NCBI GenBank assembly: GCA_964035545.1
Contig: OZ037765.1
Location: forward strand, 15,872,995 to 15,936,994
Direction of reading: 5' to 3'
From: Bugula neritina
Lineage: Eukaryota > Animalia > Bryozoa
Length of the DNA: 64,000 nucleotides
Shown in pieces: positions 1 through 14,325 of the stretch. Under the pieces are notes generated by a model. The model was not told where the DNA came from. It did not search any database and saw nothing but the letters and a program-made list of their open reading frames with translations. The stretch's first letter is position 1, and each line of letters starts with the position of its first letter. A program made the translations under genes and the position numbers.

Positions 1-395
1 ACAAGTTTAAACAATAGCTAGTAGCAAACCTCTATTTATTAAAAAGTATTTTAATCATAAACTAAATATTACTACATACAATCGAGTTGAAGCATTTATT
101 CCTCTGTACGTAAGCAAACACTAGACCTGGTAATTATTTAATTAATACACAAATTAAAAAAATATATTCAACAAGTTTAAATGTTTGGATACATAAACAT
201 TGTATTAAACTGAATAATGAGCTGCGAGTCTTCGTATTTCTCAACATTTCCCAACTTCATAGAGCTGCTGATATATTGATAAACAAATTAGAAGAAGCAT
301 ACAAACTGCTTGTGAAAATTAGCTCCAACAACAATTTGAAACATTCCCATAACAAAAAGGCTGAATGCAAAAATTTCAGCTGCAACATTACTGAC

Positions 396-3300
396 CTCAT
401 CAATGATGTGCCTGAGCTTGTAGTAAGCATCAGTTGGTGGAAGTTTCAACTCCAGTATGAGTCTGTCTATTTTATTAATGCAGACAGTGATGGCAAGTCT
501 TTCATGAATAGCATGCTGTATTAACCTCTCTGTGCCTAACATGACCTGAAGTTAATATTAAAACATCATCAAAGTTTACATTAAAACGGAGAGAATAAGA
601 GTAACTAAGCTCTTGGCATATTGCGACCAATAAAAGAGTTTTAAAAATCAGCATCTTATCTGCTGCAGATCAGGCAACAGAAACTTAAAAGATGGTAAAC
701 ACTACGAATACAACAACAGGCTGGTGATCACAAAAGTGAAGATTAAAGACTACCAGAATATCTTGCTAGATAGCAATGACATTCTTTAACAGTTGTGACA
801 ACAAAAATTGTCAATGTCATTCCATGCAATTCAATACCGGGCTATCGCAATGGTAGCCTGGGTCTTTAACAGAGAATTGTGCAAACTGCAGTGGAAATCA
901 AAAGTTATTCCCACCCAAGTCAACTTTTTATTCAGTGTACTAAAACTCTGGAGGATTTTCATTTTTAAAATAAAAAGTTTGATGTAAAAACTTACTCCTT
1001 CTGCTGCATCAATAAATAACACAACGCCATCACTAAGACGAAAAGCAGCAGTCACTTCATCAGAGAAGTTTACGTGGCCGGGAGTATCGAAGATATTACA
1101 AGAGTAGGATTTGTTTCTGGTGGTAGAGAGGACAAGGGTGACAGGCATAGATTTCATGCTGACACCACGCTCTTGTTCAGTAAATAGTGTATCAGTGTAG
1201 CGTAGGTCACCTTTCTCATGTTTGTCCTGCATATCAACATGTGTCTCTTCTATCAATGCATCCACAAAGGTCGTCTAAAACGATGATAAGTGAACACATT
1301 AAGTGATTTAATGTAATTTTCTAACTTGGATAAGATGAGAAACCTCACATGTATTAGTATTGTGCAGAGAGCCATCCTCTACACTAGTCTACAGATTATT
1401 ATGTTACTAAGTCAACAAAAATGTGCAATCAGCAATTTTAAATTATTCAGCGATTTTAATATTCCCAAAACTATCTTATGTGGCAAGTTAAAATATAAAT
1501 TAGCTCCCACTGCTGTACCCTATACACAATTATTAATATAACGATGGCTTTCAGCACAACAAGTGAATAGATCCACCATAATGAGCACAGAGCTTCTACA
1601 TCATACACAACTTATAAAACAACTCCATTTCTTCTCAACTACAAACTTAAGGATAGGGAAGGATCACTGCAAAAAGTGTAATGAACAACCAATTACAGCA
1701 GAGATATTTAACTTCCTTCCTGTATACAGCAAAGACAACATAAGAAGATTGGTGTTCTTGTGTGAAACAAAATGAAACTATTGATTCAAAGAGTCTAAAA
1801 ATACCTTGCCATGGTGAAGGTGGCCACAGAGTGATATGTTTCTCACCAGGTCTACATTGTCCATTAGATCAGCCAAAAACCTGTGCAATACTAATTCACC
1901 TTTACTTAATATATACAGCTTCAAATGGTTATTTTAATCAAAATAAACAATAAGTTACATGTATATGTGTAATTTGTAATGGAACTCATGCAACCTAAAC
2001 AATTATAAATAGTCCATAGGAAAGCTTTTCAAACAATTTTAATTCATTACTTAAAATTAATGTTAAACTCTAACTGGATTTGTATCATCATTTATGTTAT
2101 AGAGTTACACAAAATAAAGGAAGTATGTTGATATTTATTAGTTTAATTTTTTTCCAGTGGCTTCATTTTATTGCCCCTCTTTAGAAAAAATAAAATTTCC
2201 CAGAGCCTTGACAAAACCAGCCCATACAAGACATTAATTTTCATGCTATAAAACAGCAGTTAGTCAATGGGATTAAATTACTACATTGGGAGTTGGTATT
2301 ATAGAACACCACACTTACTCTGTCTCATAAGTGGTACGAGGGAGATCAGACTCTACATGTGCAAACTTTTTCTTCTTTACAGGAGCAATGATTGGTTCAG
2401 TGAGTAGCTGCGTATCCTCTTCTTGTACTATTGTCTGCAGAATAATCATATCTGTATTAACTACCAGAAATAGGGAAACTCTAAATTCTTTACTCCTTCA
2501 CACTCACTTCCTCAAGGAAAAACTCTACCAAATCATTCAATTGATGCACTTCAGTTGGAGAAAAGAATGATAAGCAAATGTTCTTAATGAAGAATCACAA
2601 AAAAATACACTATGGGAAGTTACATGTGAAGCTAAACTTTTCTCAAGATTTCCTTCTTAATTCTAATTAGACACGGGGCCCTTTTAAAAGTAAAAGCAGT
2701 CCAATATGTTGGCTAAGGGCTATTTCTTTCATTATGATAACTCAATGAATTCTCCATCAATTAAGACATATCCTAAACTTGCGTATATAAAATTAATGCA
2801 ATGGCTCCAGTCTTTACATTTTTGATATGATTTCAATTAATTGATTGAAATAGGCGGTTTTTATATACATCGACTAATATTACATGATTGACACAACTAA
2901 TAATAGAACCATTACAATCACAAAAAAGAAACATACAAACGGATCAATAAAAGAGTATTTATTATCAATCTACTTCAAAAGCGATGCACTTATGGCACTT
3001 TTAGATGAAATGACATAAGTGGAATTAGTTGCATGAAACATGTAGATGTGTTGGTAGCATCTTGAAGTAACGGATGTAGACTAAACTGCAAATCTGACTA
3101 CCAATTTACCTTTCAGTTATTGTATTAATCAATAATCAGGGAAGAGATGAAACTGATATTATATTACCAGCACCATGAAAACTATTTTTTACTTGAGCTA
3201 GACAAAAGCAAGTAAAATTGCTATGGCACAGCACCACACACACTACAAAAAGCTTTTGATTCTTCTGAAAGTATCATGATTTTAGTAAAACATGTCATCA

Positions 3301-3808
3301 TGAAAAGTTTTATAACACTCATTCCAGTTTGCATTAGAGGTGTTCATGTAAGCCAAACCTCAACATCTGGCCCATATGTTTCCATGGCAGTAGGATAATA
3401 CTTCTTGTCTTCATGTAAGACAACTTGCATCTCTTCATCCTCAACAGCATTGGTCGGCTCCGTCTACATAGGCAAGCATAACATAAAAAAAACTTGAATA
3501 GCTTTAGCATAGATTGATTTGTTTATTAATTACATAACACAGACATGAAAACATGTTGCAAAGCTCAGTGTAACCACTGGCCGTAATTAGTAGAATATTC
3601 CATATTCCTTGCATCAATAATAATATAGTAAAGGCGGTAAAAATAGTATGTACTAAATAAACATCAAGGAAATTTTACATACTTGTGAATATTCATTGTC
3701 ATCTTCACCTTCTTCGCTATCTACACTAACATCATCAGCCTCATCATCACTCTCATCTAACTCTGGCCCAACATAGTTGCCAAATTCATCATAAAGATCA
3801 GCATCCAT
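396..3808 (-). CDS. EFTUD2: 116 kDa U5 snRNP component (Snu114/EF-2-like GTPase), 5' coding exons; gene continues beyond the window start
   Basis: Exons 3683-3808 ([18 protein letters not shown]...), 3359-3463 ([22 protein letters not shown]), 2319-2434 ([24 protein letters not shown]), 1805-1880 ([13 protein letters not shown]), 996-1274 (TTFVDALI...[19 protein letters not shown]...[12 protein letters not shown]) and 396-545 ([15 protein letters not shown]). All have GT-AG boundaries with compatible phases. The ATG directly follows an AG acceptor, so a non-coding exon lies further upstream. Confidence 0.97.
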
Positions 3809-5998
3809 CTAAGGAAACAAATAAGATTAACAATAACAATCCCAGAAAACTAGCAGCACTAAAAAGTGCAACCCTTATATACTATTTAATAAATATATCA
3901 CAGCCAAAATTTCAAGATTCCCAACCACTGCACAGAATTTTTTTAAAAAGTGTCTCCAACAGCATTGCTATAGAGATCAGCATATTTTCTACTAGACAAC
4001 AATAGATCAGGAGATGGACAAACATGTATTTATAGGAGTGTGTGGGGAGCAAGTGGGGGAGCACAAATGGGAGGGAGGAGAGCAATGGGAGTATTGAGAG
4101 CATAGAGTCAAATAATTGGCAGCATGACAAAATACATTTTTTTATTAGAATATTTTCTCATGAAGAAACAATACACAAACAATAAACCTTTGAGAAAATA
4201 AAGTTTATACAAAATATCAAACCACATGGGTGATATTACTTAATTTAGTACACACTAGATATCTTCAGTTTTTAGCTATTTTTCATAATTTAACTGCTAA
4301 TGGACATGGGTTTTTTGGCCAAAACTAGTAAAACACCAATAAATACATCTAAATAATCAAAGTTCTTTTTAATTTTGCTTCATTTCCCATGTTTTTTCTA
4401 ATTATTCAGCTACTTTCGGTTGCGAACCGTTGCGGTTTTTTCATAACGTTCCGCACTCCTAATAAGCTAAATATGTGACCTCCCACCACAAAACAGGGAA
4501 CATTTGTCAGATTTTCAAAATTGAGTTATTAGTATAGAGTTATAGAGCAGACCTTTGCAATCATTTTGCAATTTATTTGAAGTCTCTAGTACAAATAGAA
4601 CTCGCGATATTGATATTCAAAAGCCTTGGCGCTTTTAAAACAGTCAATTTACGTTTTTGAGAAATTCGCTTAGCAAGTCAAGAATAATTTATGGATTATT
4701 TGTTTACATTTGTCAAACCTTAGCAACGGGCCTTTTTATTTTAGCAAACTTGACAAATTTGGTATCAAAACATTTTTTTAAGTATGGGCTTTCAGCTCAA
4801 CCAGTTTTTACGGTTCCTAAACAAAAAATTAGGTCAAAGATAGCCGCCAAACCTGTTGTAACTTTATTTTCCTTGAATAGCTAGAAAAATTGTGATAACA
4901 GTTAAAAATTTTGCCACTTTCAGCACAAATAAGGACCTCTGAGCACTTTTTTGCACTGACATTCATTTGAACCAACTAAGTTAACCAGATGTCATATGAA
5001 ACAAAATGACAGCCATTTTCTGTTTTACGTTGGCTATTTTCCTCGTCATTAATATCTCATGTAACATGTCCAGCTGTAGCTATTGAGCCATGCCATTCGA
5101 TACTATCAATTGTTTTATGAGTAAAAATCGTATGAGAGAATCATTCAACTATTATGATATTATGCAAAATTTATTCAGTCATACATTTACAATGAAGAGT
5201 GATCAAAATTTACATATAGCAAGTGGATCAGTTGAGATATTGAGTATCCAAACAAGAAAATAAGGTATAAGTTTCTTTTAAATTTTATTTATCCATTGAT
5301 ATTTGTATTTAAAATATTAAATCAATTATTATAAACAGATAAGAGTGTAGAAATTCAGCATAAATGAAACTTAAATTAATTCATATAGCAGAAAGACTGC
5401 TTTGGTGATTCTTATGGTCTCTGAATCTATGTCCTTGTTCTTTATAGCGTGAGTTTACAGAGTATAAGTACATAACCAGAAGAACGACAAGAGCTTTATT
5501 GCTGCTACAAACGATATTTTAGTAGTCAAAGTTGATAGATGCTGCTACTATACATCTACCCTGCTCATCTTGCCACTTAGACCTGCAATTATACTTGATT
5601 GATTGATTGATTTTATTTCTACCACTAACATGATATATGTTGTGAAAAAATGGTGTTAAATACCGATGCCCCTGATATTAAAAATGATAACAGTGTAACA
5701 TACATGGCTTAAAAATAGGAATAAAAAGTCACTGAGGCTGGAAGTTAATTAACAAAAATTATTATACAAGTTTATTTAGCTTGAGTGCTGCCTGGCGTAT
5801 AAAAGAATCTCTGCCCCATGTGCTTCTGTATTTAATAGTACGATATCGTCCTGATGGGCACTTTTCAAGAAAGTTATTTAGAAAGTGATTTTCATCATGT
5901 ATATATTGTAGTAGCAAGGTTTTAGTTCTGACATCTATTAGATTGTCGATATCCCCAAGATCTTTGATGCCTAGTTTGAGTGCCTCTTTAAAAAAGTG

Positions 5999-7462
5999 TC
6001 AGAGTTGCTTTTTATCTTTAGCATACAGGGAGGTGTAAAGAATGGGCAGACAGTAAGTAAGAAGGGAGATAATAGAACTTTTAAATAGCATACTAGCCAG
6101 GGTGGTTGAACTAAGGTAAACAAAATTTCTAACAATATACATTCTTTGACTAGCTTTTGTTGCCACAGAGTTAATGTGCTCTTCAAAACGAAGTTTGTTG
6201 TCTATCCGTACCCCTAGATATTTCACATTGTCACTAAAACTGATACTAACATTATTCAAAATTATAGCAGGGGTGTCTGGCTTAATCCTCTTAGCGGAAA
6301 ACAACATTTCTTGGGTCTTACTTGGGTTCAACAAAAGGTCTAAGGAATTACATTGATTGGATATTCTATCTACTTCAGAAGAATAATTACTCAAATCATA
6401 CTCATCAGAAATACAACCTATTACACAAGTGTCGTCTGCATATTTTAAAATAGTGACATTACTGGTTTGAGATCTAATTCCATCAGTGTAAACAGAAAAC
6501 AAAAGAGGGCCTAACACAGAACCTTGGGGAGTGCCTGTATTGGTGACAATAGGCTGAGACATAGTGCTATCAACTAATGTTCTTTGGACTCGACCACTGA
6601 GGAAACTGGTTATCCATCCTGTTACATTACAGTCCAGATGTTGTAGCTTATGTATGAGATGACTGACGCTTATAGTATTAAAGGCTGAAGAGAAATCTAG
6701 GAACAGGCATCGTGAATAATTACAAGCGTGTTTGTCAATAAAATTAGTAACAGTCGTTGTGAGGCAGAGCACTGCATCCTGGGTTGAACGATGTGAGCGA
6801 TAAGCAAACTGAAATTTATCCAAGGGAGTGTGGTTAGAGATGTAGTTCTTCATAAGTCTCTCTAATATTTTCACCAGGCAGCTAGTCAGAGCAATAGGAC
6901 GGTATTGTTTAAGTTGATCCGGATTGTTCACTTTTGGTAGTGGTTTGATTGTTGCAGTCTTCCATATTGAAGGTGTAGTTTGAGTTTCAATGGAGCAGGA
7001 GTATAATTTAGTGATAACATAGGATAATCCAGTTGCACAGGTTTTAAGAACTTTGGGGATAATTTTGTCAGGTCCAGCACCTTTTCGAGGGTTGAGCAGC
7101 TTCAGACTTTTTAGCACAGTATCCTCATCAATGTCAAATGTAGGAGCAGTTTGAGTTGTAGGGATATCAGCAGTCTTGTGATATGATTGTTGGTTATTAG
7201 GCTTTTCAAATCTAGTAAAGAAGGTATTTAGCTTATCCGCAGTATATTTAGTATCTTGTGGTGGACTGCTATTGTTAGATTGTAATCCACTTACTTTCTT
7301 AATGTCACGCCAAGCGTTTGCAGGTTCTTTAGCTAGGTGTTGTTGGATTTTCTGAGAGTAGTTTTGTTTTGACTTTTTTATTTCCTTCGAGATTTTATTT
7401 TTCAGTTTATGATAGAGTTTTCGATTTCTATCTGCATGTGCATCTTGTTTCTCATCTATCAT
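5999..7462 (-). pseudogene. LINE reverse transcriptase ORF fragment
   Basis: RT motifs PQGSVLGP and YADD; separated from the endonuclease ORF and from its own C-terminus by frameshifts or stops. Confidence 0.85.
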
Positions 7463-7573
7463 ATCCTTGATATGCTTAGTAATCCATGGCTTCTCATTGA
7501 GTTTTCTTTTGAAAGTTCTAGTTGGAATGCATAGATCGGTAAAAAAATTAATGTAGTCAGTTATAACTTCAGT

Positions 7574-8566
7574 TTAGTGATCAACTGAGTCCTCATCACA
7601 GAGTAGAGTATCCCAGTTAGTGGTCTCAAAACACGCCAGTAGATTTTCACAGTTCTCCTCACTGTAGTCACGCTTTTGGAGGGTAACTGGTTTAGATTTG
7701 GAGAGAGGCACATATGATGGTATGAGGTGCATAATGAAGTGGTCAGAGCTTCTAATTTGGGCTAACTGGTTGCACTGTGTGAAGGCGTTCTTAATCCTGA
7801 CATAACACCTGTCCAGTGTTTTATTTCCACGAGTGTGTTTAGTGACCATCTGGTAATAGTTATTTAGTTTGATAGGGAGTTTATTAAAATCGCCCATCAC
7901 GAGTATGCAAGATTCAGGGTATCTTTGTTCTATCTGTTTAACATGGGTTGTAATAGTTTTAGCAGTATCAGTTGCATTTGATTTTAGACGAGAGTCACCA
8001 GTGAAAGGAGTATAGCAGTTTATAGATATAATCGATGAGAACCTGCGAGGCAGCCAGTGGGGTCTTGATTTTACAGTGAGGACTTCGCAGTGTGAGTCTG
8101 TGTGGTTGTGTATTATTTGGTTGTTGGTTGACCAGTTTTTATCTACATAGAAGAGAATACCTCCTACGACAGATTTGTTACTGTCCTTCGGAAGTCTATC
8201 GTTCCGAAACTGTTCATATCCCTGTAATTCAGTCCGGTGCATATTTATATCTGGTGTATACAAATTAGTTGTGAGATTTTTTATCCTAGGTGTATGTATT
8301 AATCCGTGCAAATCATCTTGCTTGTAGCGTACTGATTGTGCATTGGTCAGTATGATGGCTGGCAGGGAAACTCTTGAGTTTTTAACTTGATGTTTCACAC
8401 GAACCCCGGCTCGTTTTCCTCTTTTTCTTGCTCTAAGTATTCCAGGGTCAACATTTTTAACTAGAGTTTTGAATTGTCTATTCCATATATCCTTCAGATA
8501 GTCTCTGTTAATAGAGTTTTTAACTTCCAGCAGAGAATTAACGTCCATGTATGCTAGACTCGCCAC
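7574..8566 (-). pseudogene. LINE APE-type endonuclease ORF fragment
   Basis: GGILFYV, MGDFN, TRGNKTLD and SDH motifs. Confidence 0.85.
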
Positions 8567-10844
8567 ACTCTTGGTTGGTACATGAGGGTGAATATGAGTA
8601 GCACCAGTAATAACAAAGGCTGCAATAGTTGCGCCAATATGTTAGCAGAGTTGTGATGTCATATAATAAGGCTATTGAGAGCTATTGAGAGCTATTAAAA
8701 ACACAACCTCTCTCTATGAAACCCAACTGCCAACTTATTTTTAGATTATAAAAGAAAACAATAGTGCATTAGAAATTAAATCTTGCTATAAAATGTAAAT
8801 GTTTTAACATCATTTAACTAATATATTAAAGCAGCTAATAATTATTGAGCAACTTATCAACATTTAAGTTTATAGCGAGTTTGAAGGCACATTTATAAAA
8901 TTTCTGAGCATAATGAAATACTAGACACCTAAATATTCAATATCAATATAAAAAAGAATTGAACATCAACAGTGGCACTCACACTGACAGCGCACCAGTT
9001 AACACGCCTAGACTTATAATTTCTATAAATAATCAATATGAGTATGAACATTTAATTCTATGAGCTTCGAGTTAAACTTAATGATAATATAATATTTAAT
9101 AGAAATATTACAAGAATTAACTAATAGTAATAGTGTAATACTGCACCATATTTAATAGTATCATCAATATGAGTATGAACATTTAAGTTTAAATAAAAAT
9201 AAAAAACTCAATACTTATACTAAAAAGTTAAAGTTACAAATATTATCTTTTTAGCAACTGCTGTTGAAAGTCAAAAAAGCATTTGACCTACATAGGCTAA
9301 AGTAAATCACTGAATCAAAATGAAAATGTAATACTATTATTAATACAAATAAGTAAGTAACTTGAATTGATATTATAATTATTATATTTGATATTAAAAT
9401 TATTATTATTAAATTTAACAACTACAACACTAGAAGTAGAAGTATAACTATTACTATAAGTTAATAAGTACTAGTAATTTATATAATCATTTAGTAGCAT
9501 AAATGAGCTTTTTTCAGTATAATTACGTGCTTTGTAGTGATTTATTTATGAAGTCCAAAGATAAAGATCAATATTTAAGGCATTATTAAAATATAGCTAA
9601 GTAATCAGTTGCATTACAAGCTAACGTCTTTGCAGCCAGCGCCAAAAATAACTAATACTAAACTTAGTTTCAGAAGTAGGCTTCTTACTTAGGGAACAGA
9701 ATGCGTATGCAACCTTTATTAAACAAAGATTCAATTGTAGGATTCTACGCTATAAAATGTCCTAATTTCATTTTCGTAACCGTAGTGATAACTCCGTGTC
9801 AACTTCAGCACAATCCGACATTTTGAAAAAAATTTAATCCTTAGTTACCAACTTTAAAGTCAATTTCGAGGTTGAAAGAGTTGACGAATGCTTGCAAAAA
9901 TATGATATTTGAAACCCTTGAGTTTTTCTGTATAAGAAAAATTTTAAATCTAAGAACTGGCAAAAAGTTTCAATTTTTGGTTTTTCCAAATTAAACCTTC
10001 ATTTACTACACTTCATGAATGCCGCCAAGTTCCCGGTTTTGTCGCGATGGGTCACATATATAAGAAAAAACATGGGAAATCAAGCAAAATTAAGAAAAAC
10101 CTCAATTGTTTCAGTGTATTTATTGGTGCTTTACTAGTTGTGGGCAAAAAGCCATGTTCATTACCAGCTAAATTGTGAAAAATAGCTAAAAGCTGAAGAG
10201 ATTCAGTGTGTACTAAATTAAGTAAAATGATCCACATGTAATTGTGTTTTTAAATTGCAACCGTTGACTGATTTAACCTAAAATGAAGCCAATTTAATCG
10301 ATTCTATGAAGTGAAACCTTTAAATATATCCAAAATCAATGAAATTTTTTATGAAAATCATTGCAGATAACAGTATACTAACATTCAATTTTTGATATAA
10401 TAAAACATACACCAATATCAACAGTATTAACTTTATAATTAAATTAGCTTCAAGTGATTTACTCATTTAGTAAAACTAAGAAAGTGAAAGTAAAACCTAT
10501 CAATTTTAAAATAAATTAGAATACTTATGTACCTGTATAAATACTAATAGTACAGTCGCTAAATCTAGTACGTCTGTACAGTATTACTATTACTATTAGA
10601 TTTATTAGTAGTACTGGTAGTAGTAAATGTAAGTACTAAGTAGTAGTATAAGTAGTACTACTCTACTAGTACTAGTAGTAGCATCTTTAATATTACTAAG
10701 CATGATAATGAATGTTATTAAGTTTATTAAATATATTTATATTAACATTATTTTTATTAAATATTATTATATTTTGATTAAAAATAAGTTATAACAATCA
10801 TAATATCAATGATAACTATTACCAACAGTAACATAAACATAAGC

Positions 10845-13170
10845 ATTTTGCAGGGGACACTTGTCAATGAAATAGGTCGATAATTGCATGGCTTCTTTTT
10901 CCCCTTTCTTATATATAGGAGTGATGTTGGCAGTCTTCCATGCACCTGGGAGCGCACCTTGCTTTAATGAACAGCGAATATATGCTGAAGACACTCTGCA
11001 TTGATATTAGTGCTTATTAGCAATTGGAATTTGCGGATCTGGTCTGGGCCGAGTGATTTATGATTTTTAAGGTCAATAATAAATTTTTCAACACCAGCTA
11101 ATGTGATGGGAAATAGTTCTGTTTGGGTTGAAAGAAGTGGGTTTTGATATACTTTCTTGGTGGCAGAACTGTGCATGAAAGTATCTATTTGGTTTGTTGG
11201 TGATTATCTTACTGTCAGTGGTTGGAAGGCCATCCATAAGTCTCATAGTCTCTAAAGGATGCTGTTGATTTTGTTTGTACCCAAGATCAGTAAGATGTTT
11301 GTATTTTATGAATGTCACTTAGGTTTTTAATTTGATGAAGAGCATTAGTGATTTTGTCAGTAAAGACTTGAACGTTTGCCTTCTGATAGACAAAGATTTC
11401 CTTGGTATTTTTACATTTGTGTTGTTGGTGCATCATTGTTTCTACTTTGAGCTTCAGGGTTATAATATAGTGGTCACTTGGGCCAGGGATTACCACATCT
11501 GGAGGATCTGTTGTAAGGGTGTTAGAGAGGCATATCAGATCAAGAGTGTTTCCGTGAATGTGTGTAGGTTCTGTAACCATCTGGTGTAAGTTATGTTCGT
11601 AAAGCATGTTGAGGAATTGTAGATGGATAGCTTTGTAGAATGCATTGGGTTTAATAGTTTTGGTAACCCAGTCTAGTCCTGGAAGATTCATATCACCAAG
11701 TAAAATGATGTTGCAGTCGGAATATTTATATTTGATGGAGCTAAGTATGTTACTTATTTGTTTGATATTTGGAGTTGGTGCCCTCGGTCTATAGTAACAA
11801 CATATGACTAGGTTAGTTGGAATAAGGATAGTTACTATTTCTTCATTATAAGTTTCAACGAAAACATTTCTGGCGTCAAGTTTTGCTTTGGTTACAATCA
11901 TAACTCCTCCCTCGTGTATGTTTCTGTCATTTCTAAAAACAGTCTAAACCAGGTGTTTCGATTACAGTCTTGCTGAGAACAGATTGATCAATATGCGTTT
12001 CTGTTGGGCAGATCAAGTCATAGTTTTTAGTTAGAGCGGTGATTTCTGCTGTTTTTCCTTTGACTGACCTGACATTAGCAAGAAAAATACTTAGACTTGA
12101 GATTGTTTTGTTTGTTGGTCTTCTGGTTTCAACTTTTCCCAGTTTCCCGATTCAGCTTTCTTTTGAATGTTGAAATCCCCGATTCGATATTGTATGGTTG
12201 GCTGCTCCTTCTTCAGTTTTTTAACTTGTTGGCGAAGAGTGTACTTTTTGTCCCTGGTTTCCTTGTTCATGTCCAGCTTGCAGAACAGAGAACCTGAGCG
12301 CAAGGCATGATTTACTCGTTTTAAAAATTCCCACTTGAACCTTTCATCTTCAAATCGCAGTGATAGGGCGATTTTTGTTTTTAGTTTTAGCACCAAGCCC
12401 AACTGCTTGAACAGGCTTGTTGAAATTCTTAAATAGTTCTTTGGACATTAAATCCATCACATATTGTATTACAGTATCTTTTTCAGTTAGGCCATACAAA
12501 ATTGCATTAGATTTCCTTGTTTCGTTGTCCTTCTTGTCCATCTCCGATGCAAGTAGTGCTTCGCTGGTTGCAGTCATTTTCAGGGTTTTTGTGTTATTCG
12601 CAATTTCAATGTTTTTGCTAGTAATATCAGCCCATGTTTTTTGGAGAGTACTGACTTCTTTATTGCTGTGTTGATGGTGTTTTTCTAACTTTTTCTCAAG
12701 TTTAGAAATTTGTTGATTAATGCTGTGAAGCATCTCCATATGTTGTATATTGCCACCATTATCTTTTAGAGAGGAACACTCATCACAAAACCACCTAACA
12801 CCTCTGTCCGACAGTTTAGTGATGGAATTCACCTTAGATGGTTGGAGGCCCTGGCATGTTCCATGATACCATTTTAGACACACATCACAAGATATGCATT
12901 TTAAAGCAGCTTTTTGTTGTTTTCCGCCTTTGGTTAGAAGAAAACATTCATTCTTGGAGCATGATGCACATAACTCATTTGGATCTGTATTGTTGTTATC
13001 TGCGGTAGATTCCAACTGAGAGCGTTGAAGAGGGGAAAGTCACCTCCACTATGACTAACTTGATCTGGAGACTGTGTGAGTGTGGAGGGTGACATACCTA
13101 TACTTATACTATTTAATTCAAAGTGATACACTAAAACTATCAAGTGACTTAAGGCTGTCAATTACCAAGC
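10845..13170 (-). mobile_element. Degenerate CR1/L2-like LINE with PHD-finger ORF1 and APE endonuclease; RT truncated
   Basis: ORF1 12350-13015 has a C4HC3 PHD finger (CASC...CISCDVCLKWYHGTC...WFCDEC) and a coiled coil, and continues after a frameshift at 12091-12402. ORF2 pieces include YYRP, GDMNLP, EPTHIHGNTLDL, SDH, KSLGPDQI and WKTANITPIYKKG. Confidence 0.85.
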
Positions 13171-14325
13171 TAGGCACTATCAGTATCACTATGACTATAA
13201 TTACAAATTTAAACTTGATGCTATAATAATAATTAAAGAGTTGAAGTTAGGCTATGTAGGCGGAAACAGAGTGTCTAATTTGAGGTATTTTTATCTTTTA
13301 GTTCAGGATGAATTCACACAACTACTTTAATTTAAAGCTCGGTTGTTTAGAAATTTATATAAAATTTTAATTTAAATTGAATAGTCGTATTCGCATTGAC
13401 TTGGAGTGATACTGATATCACTGAGAATATCAAAACTACTAAGATGCTGATTCAACTTCATACTGAAATTCACTATATTCATATTGAGTTCTTCATATTC
13501 ATATTGATTTTAATTTAATATTCATATTCAAATTTATCATATTCACATTCATATTCAATCATTCATATTGTAAATGTACTGCAGCAAGTCCAAGAACTAA
13601 TTACTATTACTATTAGTATTACTAAGAGTAAGAACTAAAGAAGTAAGAAGTGTAACTGACATGAGACATGTGCCTTGTTACAACTAAAATGTGTAATAAT
13701 TTGCGATTAGAATTGAATGTTAGAACTATAGTTTTGATCATAATATTAACATGGTGATCATTGTTATTTATTTCTATTCATAATAAGTATGGCGACTTGC
13801 AATCATAGGAAAAAGAAATAGAAGTCTGCGCCATAACATTCGTTTAACGGAATCTTATGTGTAGAGCTAGTGCGAGAATTAAAGGATTACGAGTAATGTA
13901 GTGACCAAACACATACGCCTAAACAATAAATTTTTACCAATAAAAAAAATACAATTATTTTGAATAAATTTTTTTTCTAACATCTGCAGTGGCTTAAATA
14001 CCATGCATAAATAGTAGGATAACTCTGAATAGATGAACACCGAGTATCAATTTTATCATTATGTTGGAACCTGTACCCCACACAAGTACTTTTAAATACG
14101 TATACGTGAGCAATAATCGCAGCCTAGAAAACATGTGCAATGGTTGGCATTAGTAGCTCATTTTTTATGATCCTGTTTTAACATTAAGTTCTGTATACAA
14201 GAGAGTTTTCGCAAATACAAGTTCTTAGGCACTTGGAGTAATATGAGGCTTCTCACAGACTGAATCTAATTATATGATTGCTTTCTTATGTAAAGATTTT
14301 TTGCTGATTGAGTATTAAATATAAT

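Larger units (their letters stand above)
5596..8700 (-). mobile_element. Near full-length non-LTR retrotransposon (Rex1/Babar-like; APE endonuclease plus RT) with frame disruptions
   Basis: ORF 7574-8566 has RKRGKRAGVRVK...LPAIILTNAQSV, GDFN and SDH endonuclease motifs. ORF 5999-7462 has YRPIALTS, FLDFSSAFNTI, GTPQGSVLGP, YADD and KYLG. The 3' end has AATAAA followed by an (ATCA)n tail at 5596-5617. Confidence 0.9.
4472..10059. mobile_element. Putative TIR DNA transposon, or two facing ends of one family; superfamily unclassified
   Basis: 4472 ATATGTGACCTCCCACCACAAAACAGGGAAC resembles the reverse complement of 10028-10059 (ATATGTGACCCATCGCGACAAAACCGGGAAC). A related end occurs at ~46578. No transposase was recognised. 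Confidence 0.4.
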
